Assembly: GCF_037902255.1 (NCBI RefSeq)
Contig: NZ_CP147990.1
Location: 1,890,001-1,922,000 of the forward strand
DNA length: 32,000 bases
DNA from: Candidatus Electrothrix sp. GW3-4
Lineage (GTDB): Bacteria > Desulfobacterota > Desulfobulbia > Desulfobulbales > Desulfobulbaceae
Reading direction: 5' to 3'
Below, in pieces: positions 24,814 through 32,000 of the stretch. The stretch's first letter is position 1. Every line of letters starts with the position of its first letter. The translations under genes were made by a program, and so were the position numbers. The notes below the pieces were generated by a model. The model made no database searches. It was not told the origin of the DNA and saw only the letters and a list, made by a program, of their open reading frames with translations.

Positions 24814-26514
24814 TTATGGTTTTATTTTATCTGCCCGCCCTTCTACCAGCTCCTTGGCAAAGATCAGGGTTTGTTCGCTGGGATTATCCCCACCCAGCAT
24901 GCGGGCCAGCTCGTTCACGCGCTCGTCATGGCTAAGGGGGCGAATCGTGGTAAAGGTCCGGTTAGCATCGACCTGCTTTTCCACTAGGAAATGGGCATCA
25001 GCATAGGCGGCAATCTGGGGGAGATGGGTGATGCAGAAGACCTGGTGATGGCTGGCCAGCTCGTCAATCTTGCGGGCCACAGCCTCAGCCGCCTCACCGC
25101 CAATTCCCGCATCAATCTCATCAAAAATGACAGTGTCCACCTTGTCCCGGCGGGCGAGCAGACATTTCATGGCCAACATGAGCCGGGACAGCTCACCACC
25201 AGACACCACCTCGGTGAGGGGTTTGGGTGGTTCACCAGGATTGGCAGAAAAGAGAAAGGAAACCGTATCTCCGCCGGTTGCTGACAACGTTGAGGCATCG
25301 CCGGGGTCGCTGCTTTTCACCGAGACCTCAAACAGGGCCTGCTGAAAACTTAACGAACTCAACTCCGCCTGCATTGCTGCGGTCAGCTGTTCGCCAACCC
25401 GCAACCTATCCAGGGAAAGGACCTCTGCTTTCTTGTGCAGCTCAGAACCGATGGTCTCCAACTCTTTTTCAAGGGCTGCAATCTGTTCATCCAGATGATC
25501 CAGGGAGTGCAGCTCCTGTTCTACCTGCCCGGCAAAGGCAATCACCTCTTCCAAGGTCGTACCGTATTTACGCTGCAACTGACGAAGCTGGGCCAGGCGA
25601 GAGCTAATCTGATCCACCCTCCCCTGATTTTTTGGGATGCCATCCAGATAACTATGGAGGTTTCCTTCCAGGGCCTCTACTTCAAAGGAAAGAGAGCTGC
25701 TCTGTTGAGCCAGCTCCTTGAGGGCAGGATCAAGGGCAGCAGCGTGCTCCATATTTTTTCGGAGCTCTGTCAGTAGAGGAGTCACTTGATCCTGGAGCTG
25801 ATAATGGCTCTTGCCTATTAATTCAACCAAGATGGTTGAGGATTTAAGCAGGTCTCGTTCCTTAATCAGTTGTTCATCCTCATCCGGCAAGGGGGCTGTC
25901 TCCCGGATCTCTTTGAGCTGAAACCTGAGAAAATCGCGACGTTGCTCCTTGTCCTGTTCCTGCTCCTGGAGTTCACGGAGCTGTCGGGCGATTTTTTGCC
26001 AGCGGCTATAGACCTGCCGGTATTGCTCGCGCTGCTGCCAGAGTTCGCCATAGCTGTCCAGGAAGTCAATATGGCTATTGCTCTTGAGCAGGAGCTGCTG
26101 ATCGTGCTGACTGGCGATATTGACCAAGCTCTCTGCCAAGGCATGAACCAGCTTGGTCGTGGCGAGCCGATCATTGATAAAAATCCGGCTCCTTCCCTTG
26201 CTGCTGACGATCCGGCGGAGGATACAGTCTTCCTCGTCGTCTCCATTCTCCAGCCCATGTTCCTGCAAGAGAGACAGGATATCCTCCCGACCGCTGATGC
26301 CGAACTGGGCCTCTGTCACGGCCTGATCGCAATCATTGCGTACCCAGGAGGCTGAGGCCCGCCCGCCGGTGAGCAGATGCACAGCCTGCAAAATGATAGA
26401 CTTGCCTGCTCCGGTTTCACCGGTAAAGGCGATTAAACCGGTGCCGGTTTCGGAAAAATCCAGATCCAGCCTGTTAATCAGGGCCAGATTATTGACGCGT
26501 AATTCTTGGAGCAT
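24814..26514 (-). CDS. recN: DNA repair protein RecN
   Basis: 566-aa ORF. The N-terminus is MLQELRVNNLALINRLDLDFSETGTGLIAFTGETGAGKSIILQAV (Walker A). A long coiled-coil follows, then C-terminal SGGELSRLMLAMK (signature) and VIFDEIDAGIGG (Walker B). Confidence 0.95.
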   Translation of the reverse strand: MLQELRVNNLALINRLDLDFSETGTGLIAFTGETGAGKSIILQAVHLLTGGRASASWVRNDCDQAVTEAQFGISGREDILSLLQEHGLENGDDEEDCILRRIVSSKGRSRIFINDRLATTKLVHALAESLVNIASQHDQQLLLKSNSHIDFLDSYGELWQQREQYRQVYSRWQKIARQLRELQEQEQDKEQRRDFLRFQLKEIRETAPLPDEDEQLIKERDLLKSSTILVELIGKSHYQLQDQVTPLLTELRKNMEHAAALDPALKELAQQSSSLSFEVEALEGNLHSYLDGIPKNQGRVDQISSRLAQLRQLQRKYGTTLEEVIAFAGQVEQELHSLDHLDEQIAALEKELETIGSELHKKAEVLSLDRLRVGEQLTAAMQAELSSLSFQQALFEVSVKSSDPGDASTLSATGGDTVSFLFSANPGEPPKPLTEVVSGGELSRLMLAMKCLLARRDKVDTVIFDEIDAGIGGEAAEAVARKIDELASHHQVFCITHLPQIAAYADAHFLVEKQVDANRTFTTIRPLSHDERVNELARMLGGDNPSEQTLIFAKELVEGRADKIKP

Positions 26515-26624
26515 GGTATTTATTGTGTTCTTTTAGAGAACAGGAAGTCTTCAGCAGGACATGCAGTTGCCGCAGAACCGTCCCTTTGGCCCACGCTGTC
26601 TCTGCGAAGGGTTCTTGGATCAAT

Positions 26625-26942
26625 CTACGACTTAATCATGGTCAGCATCATCTTAAAGCGGGTAACAGCCCGCAAAGCATGCGGTTCGTTTGCAGGCATA
26701 ATCAGCATCTCGCCCTGTCCCAACTGAAATGGCTTCCCTGAAACCGTGATCTCTGCCTCGCCCTCAAGAACCTGCACCAAGGCATCATAGGCAGCTGTAT
26801 GCTCACTCAGGCCCTGATCTTTATCAAAGGCGAACAGGGTAACCGTGCCGGTCAGTTTATTGATGATCGTCGAGCTGACCACCGATCCTTCCTGATACGC
26901 TGCTATCTCTGCCAGTTTTTTCACCGTCATTTCGTGCGTCAT
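26625..26942 (-). CDS. Cupin-domain protein
   Basis: The core LSEHTAAYDALVQVLEGEAEITVSGKPFQLGQGEMLIMPANEPHAL is a small cupin barrel. I moved the start to ATG 26942 (MTHEMTVKK…), which has a GGAGAGAGA SD. The track ORF start at 27062 adds 40 implausible residues. Confidence 0.75.
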   Translation of the reverse strand: MTHEMTVKKLAEIAAYQEGSVVSSTIINKLTGTVTLFAFDKDQGLSEHTAAYDALVQVLEGEAEITVSGKPFQLGQGEMLIMPANEPHALRAVTRFKMMLTMIKS

Positions 26943-27074
26943 CGTCTCTCTCCTTTCTGGTTTTCTTAGAGCAAAGCAGCCTGCTATGGGGCTACCAACC
27001 TCCTGCTTTTGCCAAACAAAGGGAAAAGCCCAAGGGCTCCTCCTGCAATAATCTGCACACATTAACCTGTTGCC

Positions 27075-27260
27075 TCCGCATTATACCCAATTATTCCGAG
27101 ACAGCAACACCGTTCCCTGTTGGCAATTTTTGCTGTACATATTATACTTCAACAGTACGGGACAGGAAAAAATACACTGCACAACGCATATAGAGCGCAT
27201 ATCGAGTTGAATAAGGCAATCAACGACCAAGAGGCAAGGGGAGTTCTGGAGCAGCTCCAG
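27075..27260 (+). repeat. Decayed duplicate of the folC promoter and first ~14 codons (copy 1)
   Basis: It shares an exact 24-mer CAACACCGTTCCCTGTTGGCAATT (27105-27128 = 28682-28705) with copy 2. It also shares collinear similarity through …ACCAAGAGGCA.GG.GA.TTCTGGA.CAGCT.CAG. In the same register it reads INDQEARGVLEQLQ, against folC MNYQEAWRFLDQLQ, and the ATG has decayed to ATC. Confidence 0.7.
27120..27148 (+). promoter_or_regulatory. Putative sigma-70 promoter of the beta-helix protein gene
   Basis: -35 TTGGCA (27120-25), 17-nt spacer, -10 TATACT (27143-48). The same geometry is conserved in the duplicated copy upstream of folC. Confidence 0.45.
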
Positions 27261-27326
27261 CCCCATAAGCCGGGTGAGTTTACAAACCCCGGCAGCAGCG
27301 GCTGGTTTCTTTCTGTAAAGACGACC

Positions 27327-28562
27327 ATGAATACTGGTTTTGCTCTATGCATCATAGGGATGACCCTTGCACTTTTTATTACCCTATCATGGCAAAACTC
27401 TTGTACAGCAGCCGTCTACGTCAGTACGGTCAACGAGCTCGTTAACGCCGTGACAGCGGCAAACACTGGCAGTGATCACACTATCCTTGTCAATAAGGGA
27501 ACATACGACCTCAATGGTGAGTACCTGAGAATTACAGCGGATAATGTCACGGTCCGTTCAACGAACGGCGCCCGGAGCGATGTTGTTCTGGACGGAAACT
27601 ATGTGACCACAGAGATCTTCCAGATCCTTGCCTCAAACGTCACGATTGCAGACATGACCCTGCAAAAGGCCCAGGATCATCCGATCCATATGATGGGTGC
27701 CGACGATCATAACATCAGCGGCGTTCTGATCGAAAACGTACATATTATTGACCCTGGTCAGCAAGCTGTAAAAATCAATGCCGGGGGCTCCGGTCACAGC
27801 GCGGATCAGGGGATCATCCGAGACTCGTTGCTTGAATTGACCGCAGCTGGTCGAACCTTTGTCTGGGACCACAACGGCTCCTGCTACACCGGGGGTATTG
27901 ATGGACACGGCGCGACGTACTGGCGTATCCAGGATAATGAGGTGCGTGGTTTTTGGTGCAACGGCGACTTATCTGAGCATGCCATCCATTTCTGGTCGAA
28001 TTCTGCCGACACTCTGGTGGAGCGTAATCTGATTGTGGACTGCGACCGGGGAATCGGCTTCGGCCTTGGTACGAGCGGTCACCAAAGGGGGATCATCCGC
28101 AACAATATGATCTACCATCCTGAAAATCACGGCTACAGCGACGTGGGGATCGGCCTGGAATCAGCGCCCAATGCCAAGGTCTATAATAATACCATCTTCC
28201 TGAATCATGAATATGCCAACGCCATCGAATATCGATGGTCTGTCACCACGGGAGTGGAGATCCGCAATAATCTGACCAATAAAGATATCACCAGCAGGGA
28301 TGAGGCCTCTGGGACGGTCAGCCATAACAGCATAACCGCGCAGGCTGACTGGTTTCTTGATGCGACCGCTGGGGATCTCCATCTTACCGGAACAGGGCAC
28401 GGTGTTGTCGACACCGGCATGGCCTTGCCAGAGGTCAATGATGATTTTGACCAGGAAAGCAGGCCCCAAGGTGTGGGTGTAGATATCGGTGCAGATGAGT
28501 ACAGTGCGGCTCAGGGAAGTTCCCCTGTCTTGCCTCCAATTTTTCTCCTCCTTCTTCGCTAA
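27327..28562 (+). CDS. Secreted/anchored right-handed parallel beta-helix repeat protein (pectate-lyase-fold)
   Basis: I moved the start to ATG 27327 (MNTGFALCIIGMTLALFITLSWQNSCTAA, a signal peptide or anchor). The body has NxxIxDN-type beta-helix repeats: VTVRSTNG, VTIADMTLQ, VLIENVHIIDPG, IQDNEVRGF, VERNLIVDCDRGIGFG, IIRNNMIYH, VYNNTIF, IRNNLT. The track N-terminal extension is the decayed folC-leader duplicate. Confidence 0.75.
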   Translation: MNTGFALCIIGMTLALFITLSWQNSCTAAVYVSTVNELVNAVTAANTGSDHTILVNKGTYDLNGEYLRITADNVTVRSTNGARSDVVLDGNYVTTEIFQILASNVTIADMTLQKAQDHPIHMMGADDHNISGVLIENVHIIDPGQQAVKINAGGSGHSADQGIIRDSLLELTAAGRTFVWDHNGSCYTGGIDGHGATYWRIQDNEVRGFWCNGDLSEHAIHFWSNSADTLVERNLIVDCDRGIGFGLGTSGHQRGIIRNNMIYHPENHGYSDVGIGLESAPNAKVYNNTIFLNHEYANAIEYRWSVTTGVEIRNNLTNKDITSRDEASGTVSHNSITAQADWFLDATAGDLHLTGTGHGVVDTGMALPEVNDDFDQESRPQGVGVDIGADEYSAAQGSSPVLPPIFLLLLR

Positions 28563-28651
28563 ACGACAAACTATATCATAATCGCTTACCTCCCTTCAGC
28601 GTTGCTTAACGGGATCTTTCCCGCAGTACCCTTTTAAATAAACCCGTTTTT

Positions 28652-28827
28652 TCCGCATGATAGTGCATTATACCAAGACAACAACACCGTTCCCTGTTGG
28701 CAATTCCTAAAGTACATATTATAGTCGTGCCTACTGGAGAGAGGGAAAAGTCAACTAAAAAACGCATAACCGGGTTTATAAGGCTATGAATTACCAAGAG
28801 GCATGGAGATTTCTGGATCAGCTTCAG
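28652..28827 (+). repeat. folC promoter and 5' end (copy 2 of the duplication)
   Basis: See copy 1. This copy contains the functional folC start at 28786. Confidence 0.7.
28697..28725 (+). promoter_or_regulatory. Putative sigma-70 promoter of folC
   Basis: -35 TTGGCA (28697-702), 17-nt spacer, -10 TATAGT (28720-25), about 60 nt upstream of the folC ATG. Confidence 0.45.
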
Positions 28828-30107
28828 TTCTTCAAGATCAAATTGGGTCTGGATTCCATGAACCAATTTTTGGAACGACTGGGCAATCCGCACCACGATC
28901 TACCATGTATCCACGTTGGTGGCACCAACGGCAAGGGGTCAGTGGGCGCAACGCTCTGTTCCATTCTCACTGCTGCTGGTTATCAAACAGGTTTTTACAC
29001 CTCACCCCATCTCAGCTCGGTGCGGGAACGTTTCCGAATCGGGGACAACTACATCACGAAGGAGGATTTTGCCCGTCTGATCACGAAAATCCATGATGTA
29101 CTCAACGGTAGTCAGATCACCTACTTTGAATGCACCACCACCTTGGCCCTGCTCTGGTTTGCCGAGCAAAAGGTGGACTGCGCCATCCTGGAAGTGGGTA
29201 TGGGCGGTCGCCTGGACGCCACCAATGTGGTCACTCCCCTGCTCTCCCTGATCACCAATGTCAGCATGGATCATGAACAGTACCTGGGCACGACCCTGGC
29301 AGAGGTCTCCGCTGAAAAGGCGGGGATCATCAAAGAGGATGTTCCAGTGGTATCAGGGGTCGCAGACGACGATTCCAGACAGGTCATCCGCCAGGCCTGT
29401 GATGAACGCGAGGCCCCGCTCTTTCTCTTTGGTCGGGAGTTCAACGGTTCCTTTAGTCCAGACGATCAAAGCTCCTGGCAATATCAAGGACTGGACGGTC
29501 AGGTCCTGATGGATCTCCCCATGGCCCTGCGCGGCAACTACCAGGTCGCCAATGCCTCTCTGGCCCTTGCCGCTGTCCAGCTGCTGCGCCAGCAGGGCTG
29601 GACAATACCAGATGAGCAGCTCCGCATCGGGCTACAACAGACCTTCTGGCCAGGTCGCCTGGAATTCTTTCGTCTGAATAAGGACAATAAACAGGTTGAG
29701 GAACAAGACCAAGGCTGGAATTTTCTCCTGGACGGGGCCCATAACCCTGCCGGAGTCAAGTCCCTGAAGCATGCCTTGCGTGATTTTTCTCGCAATCGCC
29801 TCATCCTGGTCTGGGGAGCAATGAACGATAAAGATCTCAGTACCACCCTACGCGAGATTGCCCCCAGGCAGATATTATTATTTTCACCCGGCCCGAGTCA
29901 GAACGTTCGGCTCAAACCGATCAGCTCAAGGATAACCTGCCCAGTGCTATGCAGCAAAAGGTGGTTTGTAAAGAAACTGTTCCTGCGGCTCTGCAACAGG
30001 CCCGTATTCTGGCAGGGAGCCATGACCTGATATGTATTGCCGGTTCACTTTATCTTGTTGGAATAGCTCGACAGCTGTTGTTAGGAGGACTTGTCGATGA
30101 TGAATGA
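28786..30107 (+). CDS. folC: Bifunctional folylpolyglutamate synthase / dihydrofolate synthase, with an apparent 1-nt frameshift near 29861-29865
   Basis: HVGGTNGKGS (P-loop) and LEVGMGGRLDATNV are typical of FolC. The track ORF ends at 30030 with a nonsense tail. The -1 frame, open from 29832, reads ADIIIFTRPESERSAQTDQLKDNL…ICIAGSLYLVGIARQLL and stops at 30105-30107. The total is 1322 nt (3n-1). Adding one C to the C5 run restores a 440-aa protein. Confidence 0.85.
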
Positions 30108-30384
30108 AGATTTTATCTATGGTTTTGGTGTTGATGATTCAACTATCAGAGCAGAAAGAAGAAAAGCCAGGGAGCTGCGCAAGACCCGTTGGTGGCAACA
30201 AAAGACGGCTGATGGCATCTGTCATTACTGTCAACGTAAGTTCCCTGTCAAAGAGCTGACTATGGATCATATCATTCCCCTGTCCAGAGGGGGCCGCTCC
30301 ACCAAAGGGAATTTGGTTCCCTGTTGCAAGACATGTAACACGGCCAAAAAGACTGATCTGCCCCCGGAGCTTGAGGAGCTCTAA
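30097..30384 (+). CDS. Small HNH endonuclease-family protein (YajD-like)
   Basis: CHYCQRKFPVKELTMDHIIPLSRGGRSTKGNLVPCCKTCNTAKK is an HNH motif with a Cys4 zinc finger. ATG 30097 lies 7 nt after AGGAGGA (30083-89). The track start at 30091 is a TTG. Confidence 0.8.
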   Translation: MMNEDFIYGFGVDDSTIRAERRKARELRKTRWWQQKTADGICHYCQRKFPVKELTMDHIIPLSRGGRSTKGNLVPCCKTCNTAKKTDLPPELEEL

Positions 30385-30570
30385 TGAGCACATCCCATCA
30401 CTGACAAGCAGCTTTCACGTTTCCCATTAAGGCTGTTTGTCTCTCTCCTCCATCTCTTTTTTTCTTTTAACCATTCTCTTTGACTTGTTTCTTCCTCTCA
30501 TATAGAATTATGAGCAAAATAGTAACACCACATCGCATGCCTTACCAATCCAATTAAATAGGAGGAAAAA

Positions 30571-31566
30571 ATGAAGATCAAAGCAGGTGTGATGTCCTTC
30601 CTTTGCATGGCTCTTTTGGGCGCAGCAGGTGCTGTTGCCGCAGAGGAACCCATCCAACCCATTGCCCCGGTCAAGGAGATTAATTTGGCTAAGGCCGAAC
30701 TGGGCAAGAAGCTCTTTTTTGATCCCCGCCTCTCCAAGTCAGGTTTTATCTCCTGTAACTCCTGTCATAATCTGAGCATGGGCGGCTCAGACAACCTCAA
30801 GACCTCTATCGGCCATAACTGGCAGCAAGGCCCGATTAACGCACCCACTGTCCTGAACTCCAGCTTGAATTTTGTCCAATTCTGGGATGGCCGGGCAGAG
30901 AGCCTGAAGGATCAGGCCGGAGGCCCCATTGCCAATCCCGGTGAAATGGCCCTGACCCATGCCCTGGCAAAAGGCATCCTGGAATCCATCCCTGGTTACG
31001 TCACCGAATTCACCCAGGTCTTTGGCGACAATACCGTCAATATTGATCGGGTCACCGATGCCATTGCTGAGTTTGAAAAGACCCTGGTTACCCCGAATTC
31101 CCGCTTTGACCAATGGCTCATGGGCGATAAGGAGGCCCTGACCGCTGATGAACAGGCTGGCTATAAACTGTTTAAGGACTCCGGCTGTATCTCCTGTCAT
31201 TACGGGGCAGGCATGGGAGGGACTTCTTTTCAAAAGATGGGGGTCATGGAAGAGTATAAGGCCAAGAGTCCGGCCGAGGGCCGCAAGGCTGTGACCGGTA
31301 AGGATGAAGATCGCTTTGCCTTTAAGGTCCCGACCCTGCGTAATGTGGAGCTGACCTACCCGTACTTCCATGACGGCGAGGCCGAGACCCTGACCGAGGC
31401 GGTTGACATCATGGGCCGCCTGCAGCTGGGTGCCAAATTCACCGATGAGCAGAACGCCCAGATCGTGGCCTTTCTCAAAAGTCTGACCGGTGAGCAGCCG
31501 TCATTTACTCTGCCCATCCTGCCGCCTTCCAGCGACAAGACGCCGCCACCCAAACCCTTTGAGTAA
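30571..31566 (+). CDS. ccp: Di-haem cytochrome c peroxidase (CCP/MauG family)
   Basis: 331-aa ORF with a signal peptide and two CxxCH haem motifs (CNSCHNL, CISCHYG). FWDGRA, PTLRNVELTYPYFHDG and the conserved family order are present. Confidence 0.9.
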   Translation: MKIKAGVMSFLCMALLGAAGAVAAEEPIQPIAPVKEINLAKAELGKKLFFDPRLSKSGFISCNSCHNLSMGGSDNLKTSIGHNWQQGPINAPTVLNSSLNFVQFWDGRAESLKDQAGGPIANPGEMALTHALAKGILESIPGYVTEFTQVFGDNTVNIDRVTDAIAEFEKTLVTPNSRFDQWLMGDKEALTADEQAGYKLFKDSGCISCHYGAGMGGTSFQKMGVMEEYKAKSPAEGRKAVTGKDEDRFAFKVPTLRNVELTYPYFHDGEAETLTEAVDIMGRLQLGAKFTDEQNAQIVAFLKSLTGEQPSFTLPILPPSSDKTPPPKPFE

Positions 31567-31608
31567 GATCCGGTCTTTTATGCCAACAAGTTGATCTATC
31601 TTTCGTCT

Positions 31609-31645
31609 CCCCGGCTCTGCCGGGGATTCTTTGAGGTATTTTTTG
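31609..31645 (+). terminator. Putative intrinsic terminator after ccp
   Basis: Stem CCCCGGC (31609-15) / GCCGGGG (31619-25) with loop tct, followed by the T-rich attctttgaggtatttttt. Confidence 0.45.
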
Positions 31646-31656
31646 AGACACTTTCT

Positions 31657-32000
31657 ATGAAAAAAACAGTCGGCGTCATTCTCTTGACCTATGGGCTCTC
31701 CTTGGCTGTCAGTACAGCCGGAGCCGCCCAGAAACCGGTAGAACCCATTGCCCCGGCCACGGGCATTAACCAAGCAAAGGCTGAATTGGGCAAGAAGCTC
31801 TTTTTTGATCCCCGCCTCTCCAAATCAGGCTTTATCTCCTGCAATTCCTGCCATAACCTGAGCAGGGGCGGCACCGATAATCTGAAGACCTCCATTGGCC
31901 ATAACTGGCAGCAGGGCCCTATTAACTCGCCCACAGTCCTCAATTCCAGTATGAATTTTGTCCAGTTCTGGGATGGCCGGGCCAAGGACCTCCAGGATCA
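31657..32000 (+). CDS. Second di-haem cytochrome c peroxidase paralogue; partial, runs off the window
   Basis: Not in the track because there is no stop. ATG 31657 opens MKKTVGVILLTYGLSLAVSTAGAAQKPVEPIAPATGINQAKAELGKKLFFDPRLSKSGFISCNSCHNLSRGG…FWDGRAKDLQD. This is collinear with the upstream ccp. Confidence 0.85.
   Translation, partial: MKKTVGVILLTYGLSLAVSTAGAAQKPVEPIAPATGINQAKAELGKKLFFDPRLSKSGFISCNSCHNLSRGGTDNLKTSIGHNWQQGPINSPTVLNSSMNFVQFWDGRAKDLQD

Noticed and set aside
27121-27135. Sigma-54-like TGGCA…TTGC element in the duplicated promoter.
   Set aside because: The GG-to-GC spacing is 10 rather than 12. The second copy (28698-28712) lacks the GC element. The region fits a sigma-70 -35/-10 with a 17-nt spacer much better.
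1-32000. Scan for CRISPR arrays, tRNA/rRNA genes, transposases and integrases.
   Set aside because: I saw no regularly spaced direct repeats, no tRNA-like T-arm/acceptor patterns in intergenic regions, and no ORF with tyrosine-recombinase or DDE motifs. This cannot be excluded formally without tRNAscan, Infernal or HMMER.

Overview
This is a chromosomal window from a Gram-negative bacterium, judged from the KDO transferase waaA, comEC, recN and gyrA. I cannot assign a taxon without a database search.

Most of the window is ordinary housekeeping DNA:
- minus strand: a partial DUF4956-like gene and a GT2 glycosyltransferase
- plus strand: gyrA-gpsA
- minus strand: a membrane-anchored trypsin-like protease, a small ORF and a GAF-domain membrane protein, then waaA-comEC
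- plus strand: an M18 aminopeptidase and an AdoMetDC-like gene
- plus strand: a tightly coupled operon of GNAT, FemAB-like GNAT, B12-radical-SAM, methyltransferase and yaiI genes
- minus strand: a PP-loop ATPase, recN and a cupin
- plus strand: a secreted beta-helix protein, folC, a small HNH protein and two tandem di-haem cytochrome c peroxidases

The standout is a visibly AT-rich block of about 4.5 kb (14474-18930). I read it as an integron-type gene-cassette array with no integrase gene in the window. It has three attC-like sites with R''/L''/L'/R' boxes and extrahelical bases. For all three cassettes, the 7-nt R'' box is the exact reverse complement of G plus the first six bases of that same cassette, which is the circular-closure signature.

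The cassettes encode:
1. a 119-aa acidic ORF plus a 324-aa protein with an RNALVH (Rx4H, HEPN-like) motif; these may really be one 462-aa gene
2. a 608-aa secreted GH144/DUF3131-like protein
3. a 279-aa protein with a second HEPN-like motif, RNCLEH

The two HEPN-like proteins are candidate cassette-borne RNase toxin or defence modules that I cannot place in a named family from memory.

Other observations:
- an attI-like junction carrying four copies of ATAAGTGGAAA
- a palindromic element bracketed by 12-bp direct repeats at the core/island boundary
- three single-base homopolymer frame breaks (folC, a GNAT gene, possibly the HEPN cassette) that look like assembly errors
- a duplication of about 180 bp of the folC promoter and first codons, flanking the beta-helix gene
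- a covarying GC-rich hairpin repeat family
- an Arg-rich leader sORF

I saw no rRNA, tRNA, CRISPR array, transposase or integrase gene.
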